A DNA stretch of 64,000 nt from Candidatus Latescibacterota bacterium (GTDB lineage Bacteria > Latescibacterota > UBA2968 > UBA8231). Positions within the stretch are counted from its first letter, which is position 1. Every line of letters starts with the position of its first letter. Below are positions 40,759-49,289 of this stretch, in pieces. Location of the stretch: NCBI GenBank assembly GCA_965197905.1, contig CBDAOB010000004.1:1120001-1184000 (forward strand). Direction: 5' to 3'. The notes beneath the pieces were generated by a model. The model saw nothing but the letters and a program-made list of their open reading frames with translations. It was not told where the DNA came from and made no database searches. The translations under genes were made by a program, and so were the position numbers.

Positions 40759-41229
40759 TCAGGAGCCAGGTTTGAAATAGGTCACTAGAAACCCGCCGAG
40801 GGCGGCCAGCGCAATGCCCAGCATGAACGGCCAGCGCACGACGGCAAGACCTCCCGCTGGTGGATGCAGGGCCGTCGCCACCACCGCGTTGACGATAGGA
40901 GCGCCGGCGAAGACGATGGACATCACCACCGTTGGAGTCCCCTTGGCGCCAAACGCCAGCAGCACACCCAACGCCCCGATGGCACCGACAAATCCGGCCA
41001 CCGTCGACCAGCCCGCACCGCGCGCCGGGAAATTCCAGGAAGCGCCATTGACGACGAGCACGATGAGCGACCCGATAACGGCGGTGATGAGGTAGGCCAC
41101 GCCGACAAACAGATACGCCTTGTACCTGCCGTTTATGGGATCGGCCATAGCACCCTGCCCAATGTGGAGAAAAACCCCGTAAAGACCCCAGGACAAAACC
41201 GTGATGAGAGCAAAGATCAACCAACTCAT
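40759..41229 (-). CDS. Small polytopic membrane protein (DMT/EamA-like)
   Basis: About five hydrophobic helices; W.IFAL...WG.YG and VMSIVFAGAPIVN; AAGGAG SD before ATG 41229. Confidence 0.65.
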   Translation of the reverse strand: MSWLIFALITVLSWGLYGVFLHIGQGAMADPINGRYKAYLFVGVAYLITAVIGSLIVLVVNGASWNFPARGAGWSTVAGFVGAIGALGVLLAFGAKGTPTVVMSIVFAGAPIVNAVVATALHPPAGGLAVVRWPFMLGIALAALGGFLVTYFKPGS

Positions 41230-41231
41230 GT

Positions 41232-42521
41232 TCACTCCTTTGCAGCGTATCGTTTATAGACGGCCAGCGTGTTGCGAGCCATCGTGGTGTCGTCGAATCT
41301 TTCTCGCACCGCCTGCTGGCCCGAGCTGCCGAATTCGATTCTGCGTGCCGGATCTTCCGCGAGTTGCCCCAGCGCTTCACCGATAGCAACCGCGGAGTTC
41401 GGGTCTACCAGCACCCCACCACCGGTGGCTGCTATCAGCTCCGGAAACGCGCCATGCCGCGGTTCTACCACTGGGATCCCGGCGGCCAGCGACTCCAATA
41501 CGAATAGACCCTTAGGGTCGGCATAGGTGGTGGGCACCGATAGAACATCAAGTCGCTGCAGAAACGCAATCTTTTCCTCCCGCGTAACCTCTCCTTTGTA
41601 GATGACCCTGCCCTCGAGGCCGCGTTCCCGAACCTGGCGCATCAGGTCCTGGAAATAAACTCGGTCCGCGCTGCCGAGATATCCAGCGATCCTCAGGGTC
41701 AAATTCTCTTTTCCGAGACGATCACTCAGCTGAAAGAACGCCTCGATGAGGAGGTGCAGCCCCTTCTCCGGGCAGATGCGGGCCAGATAACCGATGTTGA
41801 AAGGTCCTTCCTCGTGGACCGGATCACTGTACCCGTTAAGAGCAATGCCCAGGTGAACTACGTCGACCCTCTCGGGTGGCACTCCGAGTAACGTGGCCAT
41901 ATAGTCGGAGTAATAGGCACAGGGCGCAACGAATCCATCCGCATCTGCGGCCCGTTGACGCAAAAGGCGCAATACTTGCGACTTGTAGGGTTCGATGAGA
42001 CCGTCGACGAACAGGTCCTCGCCCTGCAGAGCACAGAGCACCGGCACTCCCAGCTGTCGTTTGAGCTCGAGGGCGAATCCGAGGAATAAGGAGTTGGGCA
42101 GCTGCACCAGGTCGGGCTTGAAAACGCGAGCCAGCCAGTCGACCAGCTTGGCCAATTCCTTGCGTTGGCGACCTTGCTCCCCCTCCAGCACCGACAGCGT
42201 GAGTGCGCCCAGATCAGCGGCACTGGTAGAGGCGCTGAACCTGGATAGGCTGTTGAGCAATAGCGGGCGATCGAGCAAGCGGTCGATCGCCGCAGGCGTA
42301 TGGCGAAAGAGCGCCAATTTCTGTTGTAGATATACGTTTATGCCTCCGAAGAACACGCGGTCGATGCTGACATCCTCCTCGTCGGTCCGCAGCGGGGTAT
42401 ACGTGGGTACCAGAACGAGGTCAATCCCCAGCCTCTGGAGTGCAGCAGCGAGGGTATTGTCGTGAATGCAGCTGCCGCAATACATGCCGGCCGCTCCGGC
42501 GGCTATGCAGGCGACCTTCAT
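41232..42521 (-). CDS. Glycosyltransferase family 4 with N-terminal CxxC
   Basis: IGYLARICPEKGL and PKGLFVLESLAAGIPVV...GAFPE GT-B motifs; N-terminal GMYCGSC; ATGA overlap at 42518-42521. Confidence 0.88.
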   Translation of the reverse strand: MKVACIAAGAAGMYCGSCIHDNTLAAALQRLGIDLVLVPTYTPLRTDEEDVSIDRVFFGGINVYLQQKLALFRHTPAAIDRLLDRPLLLNSLSRFSASTSAADLGALTLSVLEGEQGRQRKELAKLVDWLARVFKPDLVQLPNSLFLGFALELKRQLGVPVLCALQGEDLFVDGLIEPYKSQVLRLLRQRAADADGFVAPCAYYSDYMATLLGVPPERVDVVHLGIALNGYSDPVHEEGPFNIGYLARICPEKGLHLLIEAFFQLSDRLGKENLTLRIAGYLGSADRVYFQDLMRQVRERGLEGRVIYKGEVTREEKIAFLQRLDVLSVPTTYADPKGLFVLESLAAGIPVVEPRHGAFPELIAATGGGVLVDPNSAVAIGEALGQLAEDPARRIEFGSSGQQAVRERFDDTTMARNTLAVYKRYAAKE

Positions 42522-43987
42522 CTTCGGTCCAGGTCGAAGAATCTCGCGATCTGTGCGGCTTCGGGGGGTCGGGTGAGCAGCGATCCAATGACCATGCTCG
42601 CCGTTGAAACCAGAAACATCGCCGCTACGGGCATCACCCCCGTCCCTGCCACGGTGTAGTCCGGGATCTGGCGGCTCGCCAAGAAGAAATAGATCCACAT
42701 CACCACTACGCTCGCGACACTGGCCGCGACCCCGTATTTGGTGCTGCGTTTCCAAAAGAGGGCGGCGACCACAATCGGAAACAGGGCGGCAAATCCGGTA
42801 AATGACCAGATCGCCATCTTGAAGATGCTGCGATCCACGACGAGCGACAGAACGTAGGTCAGGGCAAGAATGGCGATCACGAACAGTCGACCACTGCGTA
42901 CCTGCTGCCGTTCGCCCATGCTGTCGTGAAAACCGTAATGGCGTACAATGTCCTGGGTGAACATGGTCCCCAGGGAAAGCACCTGGGAGTCAAGCGAAGA
43001 CATGATGGCGGCGAACACGCCGGCGGCCAGCAAACCGGCGAGAATTCCAGGGGCGTACTGATCGATCATCCGGATCAGGATGCTGTTGGCGGCCGGCCCT
43101 TCCAAACCGGGAAAATCGACCGAGCCCAAGATTCCCAACAGCACGCTGGGTATCCAGACGATGGCGATGCACAGAGGATAGCAGATCAGCGGCCAGCGAA
43201 AGGTGCGAGCGCTTTTCGCTGTCAGGCAATGCATGAACATGTGGGGAAACATGCCCACCGACAGCGGCACGAAGGTGTAGGATAACATCTCGATGGGAGA
43301 GACACGAGCACCGCGAACAAGCAGCTCAGGTTGCTGCCCCGCTACCCTCGACAGAGCATGTTGCAACCCACCCATCCGGTCGACAATTACAAAGAAGGCC
43401 ACGGCGCCCAGTACCATGAATACCATGGTCTGAAACGCGTTGGCCCAGGCAGTGCCACGGAGTCCTCCCGAACAGACGTAGACCAGAACCACGACGCAGA
43501 CGAGCAACCCCCCTAACCATTGAGGAATCTCGCCCCCGGTAATCTGGTGCATGGTGATACCCCCTCCCATCACGCCGATCAAGAGATACGGTATGACCAA
43601 TGCCACCAAAACGACAAAGAGCAATAGACCCAGAAGATCAGATCCCCACCGCTGACGAAAATATTCTACCTGGGTCAAAAACCCGAATCGTTTCCCCAAC
43701 GACCACAGACGGGTTCCAACGAAAAAAAACACCGCCGGAATGATCAGCGCCGAGGAAGAGGCCATAAGGGCGAAGACACCGATGCCAACGTGGTAAGCTT
43801 GTGCCGACGCGCCAAGAATGGCAAAGGCAGTCATGTTGGTGCCAAAAAGCGACATCAACAGGAGAAAGGGACCGATGGTGCGGCTGGCCACAAAATAATC
43901 TTCGCCGGTGCCACGGAAGAGTCGGTGGCTCAGCCCGCCGATGACGATAACCAGGCCCAGATAGACGAGAATGACCGTTGTCGTCAG
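42518..43987 (-). CDS. Sodium:solute symporter family protein
   Basis: EDYFVASRTIG, GGLRGTAW, AAIMSSLDSQ, many TM helices. The apparent start codon is CTG at 43987. Confidence 0.9.
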   Translation of the reverse strand: MTTTVILVYLGLVIVIGGLSHRLFRGTGEDYFVASRTIGPFLLLMSLFGTNMTAFAILGASAQAYHVGIGVFALMASSSALIIPAVFFFVGTRLWSLGKRFGFLTQVEYFRQRWGSDLLGLLLFVVLVALVIPYLLIGVMGGGITMHQITGGEIPQWLGGLLVCVVVLVYVCSGGLRGTAWANAFQTMVFMVLGAVAFFVIVDRMGGLQHALSRVAGQQPELLVRGARVSPIEMLSYTFVPLSVGMFPHMFMHCLTAKSARTFRWPLICYPLCIAIVWIPSVLLGILGSVDFPGLEGPAANSILIRMIDQYAPGILAGLLAAGVFAAIMSSLDSQVLSLGTMFTQDIVRHYGFHDSMGERQQVRSGRLFVIAILALTYVLSLVVDRSIFKMAIWSFTGFAALFPIVVAALFWKRSTKYGVAASVASVVVMWIYFFLASRQIPDYTVAGTGVMPVAAMFLVSTASMVIGSLLTRPPEAAQIARFFDLDRR

Positions 43988-44205
43988 GGTCGGTCCTCCC
44001 CCGCGTCGACCTCTTCCGGCCAGGCATGACCTACCAAAAGCCACATTATCAAGGCAGCTGCGACACAGAAACCGACATGGTAGAGCAGGCCGATGGGAAG
44101 CGCGAACAGGATCCGATCGTCATGCCAGAACCACAAATCGTTGTGAAGCAGATAGAGAAGGAACAGAAGCAGGTACAACAGCGGGCGAACCCGAATATTC
44201 GTCAC
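43984..44205 (-). CDS. Small 2-TM SSS-partner protein (DUF3311-like)
   Basis: LLHNDLWFW...LPIGLLYHVGF; directly upstream of the symporter; GTGA overlap with the halogenase stop. Confidence 0.75.
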   Translation of the reverse strand: MTNIRVRPLLYLLLFLLYLLHNDLWFWHDDRILFALPIGLLYHVGFCVAAALIMWLLVGHAWPEEVDAGEDRP

Positions 44206-45449
44206 GAGACCAATTCCGCACCGCACATCTCGCGCAGCGGTCCGAACACGATGGGCACCGATTCGCTGAAGACGTTGCCGCTGAGGATGTCGACGATGCC
44301 CTGCTTGCAATGAGGGTATCGCTGTAGAAAGCTGGAAAAGCTGAAATCCTTCGTGTAAAAGGCCTGTACCAGATTACGCACCGCCCCCATCGCGCTCTCG
44401 ACATTGTCGGCGAAGGCGCCCAGACGCGATGCGGACAGATCGTCCTGGTCGAACGCTTCGCCGATGGCGTCGGCCGCCCACTCTCCTGTTTTCAAAGCCA
44501 GGAATACTCCGGAGGAATAGATCGGATCCAGAAAACCATAGGCATCTCCCACCAGCAGCCAACCTTCTCCAGCCAATCGTCGGGCACGGTAGGAAAAGTC
44601 CTGGGTGACGCGGACCGGAAAGAGTTGCTCCGCTCCTTGCAGCCGATTCAACAGAGGGCGGCAACGAGACAGCTCGTCGTCAAAGATCTGCTGGGCGTTT
44701 TCGCTACGGTTTTGCAGCAGATAATCCAAGGAGCCGACGACACCGATGCTGGTGCAATCGTTCGCCAGCGGAATCGACCAGAACCATGAATCCTTGTTTT
44801 CGGTGAGCAGCACGAGAGTCGCACCTTCGTCGATGCCTGGATCGCGCGTGGCGCCGCGAACGTGGGTGAAAATCGAGGCTTTCTTGAGTTCGGGATCGAC
44901 CATCTTCAGAGCGAGTTTACGCGCCAGCAAAGCGCTTTGCCCGCTGGCGTCGGCGACGATGCGCGAGCGCAAGTTACACACACGGCCATCGGGCAATCTC
45001 ACCTCTGCACCTTCGGCTCGATCGCCGTCGAAGAGCACCCTCTGCACGGCAGCCCCGCGCACGACTTCAACGCCGATATCGGCGGCATTATCCAGGAGCA
45101 TCTGGTCAAACTCACTGCGCAACACCTGCCAGGTGACGGAACTCTCGTGGGGATCGTTCTCGGAAAAGTAGAACGGAGCCGATGCCTTGCCGCTGTGACT
45201 GTAGAACTGGACGCTGTGTTTTCGGGGAAAATGACTCGCTCCCAAACGCTCGAGCACACCAAGTCGCTGAAAGGTCCAGTAGGTAGCCGGCATCAGGGAT
45301 TCGCCGATCTTGAAGGTCGGTTCGGAAGCCCGCTCAAACAGCAGAACCCGGTACCCCGACTTCGCAACCAGAGCCGCCACTGTGCTTCCCGCCGGCCCGC
45401 CCCCGATGACAATTAGATCGGATAAAGTATCTGCCGTGAGGTTTGTCAT
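44202..45449 (-). CDS. Flavin-dependent halogenase-like FAD enzyme (PltA/CmlS/CndH type)
   Basis: GGGPAG, KIGESL, Lys in HFPRKHSV, RSEFDQML, WFWSIP (WxWxIP signature), GDAYGFLDPIYSSGV. Confidence 0.8.
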   Translation of the reverse strand: MTNLTADTLSDLIVIGGGPAGSTVAALVAKSGYRVLLFERASEPTFKIGESLMPATYWTFQRLGVLERLGASHFPRKHSVQFYSHSGKASAPFYFSENDPHESSVTWQVLRSEFDQMLLDNAADIGVEVVRGAAVQRVLFDGDRAEGAEVRLPDGRVCNLRSRIVADASGQSALLARKLALKMVDPELKKASIFTHVRGATRDPGIDEGATLVLLTENKDSWFWSIPLANDCTSIGVVGSLDYLLQNRSENAQQIFDDELSRCRPLLNRLQGAEQLFPVRVTQDFSYRARRLAGEGWLLVGDAYGFLDPIYSSGVFLALKTGEWAADAIGEAFDQDDLSASRLGAFADNVESAMGAVRNLVQAFYTKDFSFSSFLQRYPHCKQGIVDILSGNVFSESVPIVFGPLREMCGAELVS

Positions 45450-46747
45450 GAGTGCTCGGTGACGCGGTGGTCGGTCACCCGTCGCGATTTCAGCTCGAAA
45501 CGAGGCAGCGAACCCGGCGATACGGCGGTGACCTGCATGCGCAGGCCAAGCTTCAGCTGCAGGGCGTTGGAAATAGCTGACTCAATCTGACGCGGCGGCT
45601 CGCCGGCCGCCTCGATCTGGATTCGAACCTCGTCCATGCTGCCGCGACGATAAACGTCCACTGCAAACTCGGTTATTGCCTCAAATTCACGAACGACATT
45701 TTCGATCGCGCTGGGGAAGAAGACGAGTCCGCGAACGATGAGCGAATCGTCCAAACGTCCCATGACACCGCCCTCCGTACGACGCAGGCTACGGCCACAG
45801 CCGCATGCTCGGGATGATGCCAGCTTGATGCGGTCTCCAGTGCGGTAGCGCAACACGGGGCTCCCGGTGCGACCGAGATTGGTGATCACCAGTTCCCCAT
45901 CGTCGGTATCGTCGCCTGTGTCCGGGTCGATGACCTCGATCACAAACTCGTTTTCATTCAGGTGCAGTCCATCTTGGACATCGCACTCGTATCCCCAGGC
46001 CCCCACCTCGGTGGCGCCAGCATGATCGAAACAGCGGGCACCCCAGGCCTCTTCGATGCGACGTTTCGTAGCAGGAAGGCTGGCCCCCGGCTCTCCAGCG
46101 TGTATGGTGGTGCTCACGGCCGACGCTCGCAGGTCCAGCCCGTTTGCGACCGCCACCTCCGCCAGGTGCAGTGCGTAGGTCGGCGTGCAGACGAGTACAG
46201 TTGCGCCGTTGTCGATTATGGAATGCAACCGTTGTTCGGTAGACATGCCGCCGCCGGAGATGGCGAGACAGCCGATCGCCCGGGCACCCTCCAAAGCGCT
46301 CCAGAATCCGATGAATGGACCGAAAGAAAACGCGAAAAACACCCGATCCTCCGAGCCGACGCCAGCCGACCGGTAGACCGAGGACCAGCATTCCGCCCAC
46401 CAGGACCAGCTCTCCTCCGTGTCCAACCAGCGCAGTGGCTGACCCATGGTCCCTGAGGTTTGGTGAATCCGAATGTAGTCTTCGACGGAATACGTCAGGT
46501 TCGTACCGTAGGGTGGATGGCCCTGCTGGTCGACACTGAGCTCCTCGCGGGTGGTGAAAGGGAGACGGCGATAGGCAGCCAGGTCTACGAGGTCGTCGGC
46601 GCTGCGGATTCCGGCATTACTCAGCCTGGGGCCATAGAACTCGTTGCTTTCGAGAAGCGCAGCCGCCAGCATGCGCAAGCGCTGCAACTGTTGACGTTCC
46701 CGCTGGTCAACGGAGAGCGTATCACCCGGTGGAACTACAGCGCCCAT
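45446..46747 (-). CDS. Phenylacetate-CoA ligase (PaaK)-like adenylating enzyme
   Basis: LPFTTREEL, HQTSGTMG, CTPTYALHL, AGEPG, AGATE, RYRTGD, FPSAIENVV. Confidence 0.88.
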   Translation of the reverse strand: MGAVVPPGDTLSVDQRERQQLQRLRMLAAALLESNEFYGPRLSNAGIRSADDLVDLAAYRRLPFTTREELSVDQQGHPPYGTNLTYSVEDYIRIHQTSGTMGQPLRWLDTEESWSWWAECWSSVYRSAGVGSEDRVFFAFSFGPFIGFWSALEGARAIGCLAISGGGMSTEQRLHSIIDNGATVLVCTPTYALHLAEVAVANGLDLRASAVSTTIHAGEPGASLPATKRRIEEAWGARCFDHAGATEVGAWGYECDVQDGLHLNENEFVIEVIDPDTGDDTDDGELVITNLGRTGSPVLRYRTGDRIKLASSRACGCGRSLRRTEGGVMGRLDDSLIVRGLVFFPSAIENVVREFEAITEFAVDVYRRGSMDEVRIQIEAAGEPPRQIESAISNALQLKLGLRMQVTAVSPGSLPRFELKSRRVTDHRVTEHS

Positions 46748-48834
46748 TCCAACTCGAACCCCAGAGTCGCGGGAGGTGCCGGTATGACGGAAGTATTGCC
46801 GAAACCCCGCGTTTCGAAGTCGCGGTCGGTAAGATTCTTCAGATACATCCGGGCGCCTGCGTGGCGCAGGTTGAGGCGCAACGCCAGGTCGAATATCAAC
46901 CCGTCGCGCATCTCGAAATCGTTGTCGGCCGCAATGAATTGCGTTCCCGCGTATCGGGCGCCGAGACTCACCTCCGCATGACGCCCGAGGTTTCGCGTCG
47001 TCCACAGATTGAGCATGTGCTCCGGCGCGAACGGAGCGGTATTCCCCGACCGGTCGAAGGTTTGGAACTGAACTCCGGTTGCGGTGAGGACCTGGGCGGT
47101 TTCACGAAATTCGGTCAACTCGGCGGAGGTGTAGGCATAGGTCACGAAGCCGTGCCAACCGGGCGTTATCTGTGCCGACAGATCGAGCTCCAAACCTCGG
47201 GAACGTTGATCTCCGGTTTCCCGCAAAACCCCACGGTCGTCCGGTATCGCCAGGTTCGACTTTTTCAACTGATAGAGGGCGAACGTGCCGGTGATACGAC
47301 CATCGAAGGCGTTCAACTTCGAACCTACCTCCATCTGAGCGCTCTCCTCCGCCTTGCGCTTGCCCACCACCTGACTGGAAGGCGGCGCAAACCCGAGACC
47401 GACATTGGTATAGATGGACCAATCGTTGGACAGTCGGTAGACGGCGCCGATCATAGGACTTAGACGCCGGTAGTCCCGATCCGTGTCGGTGTCGTCGTCG
47501 CGGTAGTCAAGATAATCGAAGCGGCTGCCCAGAAAGAGCTCGTAACGCTCATCCACACTGACATTGTGGACCAGATAGGGAGCTATGGTGAGAGTGCGGG
47601 CATCAGCAGACGAGAATTGACCTGGAATTATCGCCCACGGCTTCGAGGCGGTTTCCAACGGATTGAACAGGTCGATGCTGGGAAGGGCTGCGACATCCAA
47701 CGCAAACTCGTCCGTCCATCGACCTACCTCGAAACCAGCCATGGTTTGGTGCTTCAAGCCGAATCCGGAAAAACTGATCGCCGTTTCCAGCTGGTTGCCC
47801 ACCAACCGCTGACGGTCGTCGAGAATCAAAAGCGTGCGGAACAGGTCTAGGGAACCGCTGGCATTGGGAAAGGCGCCATTAAAAAGAGTCCCTCTGGAAG
47901 GCCAGTCCAGATCAGTGTAATACAGCTTGTTGCGCAGCGTCAGATGATCGGTTATCCGATTGACGTATTCGACTCGGGCCCTGTAGGTGTCCTGGCTGGA
48001 GCCGTCGAACGGTGATTGGTAGGACCGCCGGCGGGGCACGTCGGCGATTTCGGAACCGACGATGGGGAGCCCGGAGTCACTGGCGTAATCACTGCGAAAG
48101 TACTCCAGATCGACGTATAGATTCGCGGTTTCGCTGAGACGCCATGAGAGCACCGGATTCACGCCGAAGGCGGAATTCTCCTTGTCCTGACGGTAATTGT
48201 CCGAATCCTGCCACAACAGATTGCCACGAATGGCGACACCGGCAGGTTGGCTTGCCCATCCCAGATCGAGCTTCCCGCGGAACGATGATGGAAAGCGACC
48301 CGCAGCGGCGTTGATGACGGCGAATCGGCCGAACAACGGCCGTTTGCGCACCAGATTGACCGCCCCCGACAGCGGATTACTGCCGTAGACAAACGCCCCC
48401 GGGCCTTTGAGGACCTCCACCCGTTCGAGGTTGTAGGTGTTGTAGAAGCTCACCTCCGGTTCCTGCACCCCATCGGTAAGCACGAGCCCGCTCGACAGTG
48501 AATCGAACCCGCGGATGACAAAGAAATCGTGGGTGCCGAACCCTGTTTGAACATTGACACCACTGATGTTTTTCAAGGCGTCGCCCAGGACCACGGCGTT
48601 CTGACGTCTAAGCTGGACATCCGTAACGACACCCACACTGAGAGGAGTGCGCTGCAATGGTAGAGGGATCTTGGTCGCTACAGAGCTTGTGGTGGGCAGC
48701 TCGAGACGGCTATCGGTGACGACGATCTCCTCCAAGGTATATGAGAGGGAGTCTGGTGGGTTCGCCCACCCGTCGGTTGCTGTCAAACCCTGGAAAGAGA
48801 TCGCACTTGCGAGGAAAATCAGGATCGGTGTCAA
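46735..48834 (-). CDS. TonB-dependent receptor (siderophore-receptor-like)
   Basis: Signal peptide, TonB box LEEIVVT, ATK..LP...TPLSVGVV, ERVEVLKGPGAFVYG plug, NLTDRDF near the C-terminus. Confidence 0.92.
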   Translation of the reverse strand: MTPILIFLASAISFQGLTATDGWANPPDSLSYTLEEIVVTDSRLELPTTSSVATKIPLPLQRTPLSVGVVTDVQLRRQNAVVLGDALKNISGVNVQTGFGTHDFFVIRGFDSLSSGLVLTDGVQEPEVSFYNTYNLERVEVLKGPGAFVYGSNPLSGAVNLVRKRPLFGRFAVINAAAGRFPSSFRGKLDLGWASQPAGVAIRGNLLWQDSDNYRQDKENSAFGVNPVLSWRLSETANLYVDLEYFRSDYASDSGLPIVGSEIADVPRRRSYQSPFDGSSQDTYRARVEYVNRITDHLTLRNKLYYTDLDWPSRGTLFNGAFPNASGSLDLFRTLLILDDRQRLVGNQLETAISFSGFGLKHQTMAGFEVGRWTDEFALDVAALPSIDLFNPLETASKPWAIIPGQFSSADARTLTIAPYLVHNVSVDERYELFLGSRFDYLDYRDDDTDTDRDYRRLSPMIGAVYRLSNDWSIYTNVGLGFAPPSSQVVGKRKAEESAQMEVGSKLNAFDGRITGTFALYQLKKSNLAIPDDRGVLRETGDQRSRGLELDLSAQITPGWHGFVTYAYTSAELTEFRETAQVLTATGVQFQTFDRSGNTAPFAPEHMLNLWTTRNLGRHAEVSLGARYAGTQFIAADNDFEMRDGLIFDLALRLNLRHAGARMYLKNLTDRDFETRGFGNTSVIPAPPATLGFELEWAL

Positions 48835-49168
48835 TTGTCCTCCAGCTGTTCGCCACTCTCAGCAAGCTGAGCTTTGGCAGTTTCGTACAGGTCCTGTGGC
48901 AGCGGGCCGGCCTCGACCGCGCGAAGGTTGCTGCACAAATGATCCAGGTCTCCGGTACCGACAATGCTTGTGTGACAACCCGGATGGGAAAGCGCATAGC
49001 GCAACATGAACTCGTGGCGTTTCATGTCACCGGCCACGGTGGACAGGCCGGACCTTTCGGCGCGTCTGTCTTGCCGATTTGGATCCATGAGCTCTGGGAG
49101 CGCCGTCCCGTACCGAGATGGGTCTCCTGGAGCCCGGTCCGACCCAACCTTCGGAGTGGAAGCGACAT
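48831..49168 (-). pseudogene. Aldo/keto reductase remnant with large internal deletion
   Basis: AKR N-terminus MSLPLRRLGRTGLQETHLG is joined out of frame to an AKR C-terminus (EFMLRYALSHPGCHTSIVGT..LDHL..NLRAVEAGPLP). The catalytic core is missing. Confidence 0.75.
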
Positions 49169-49289
49169 CGTTCCGGCCTTCGTTTTGGTGGCGTCGGGAG
49201 TAGATAAACCTACACATATAAAAAATAATCCGCCGAAGCAGGACAACTCCGGCATTAGTCCCTATTATTTCTGGGGGAGAGACAACGAA

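Noticed and set aside
45446..46747. Phenylacetate catabolism (paa) operon
   Set aside because: No paaABCDE, paaZ or paaG genes are nearby, so only the ligase family is supported.
48741..49289. 183-aa N-terminal extension of GAPDH in the ORF track
   Set aside because: It overlaps the TBDR start and the AKR remnant on the other strand. The SD and family-like sequence begin at ATG 49290.
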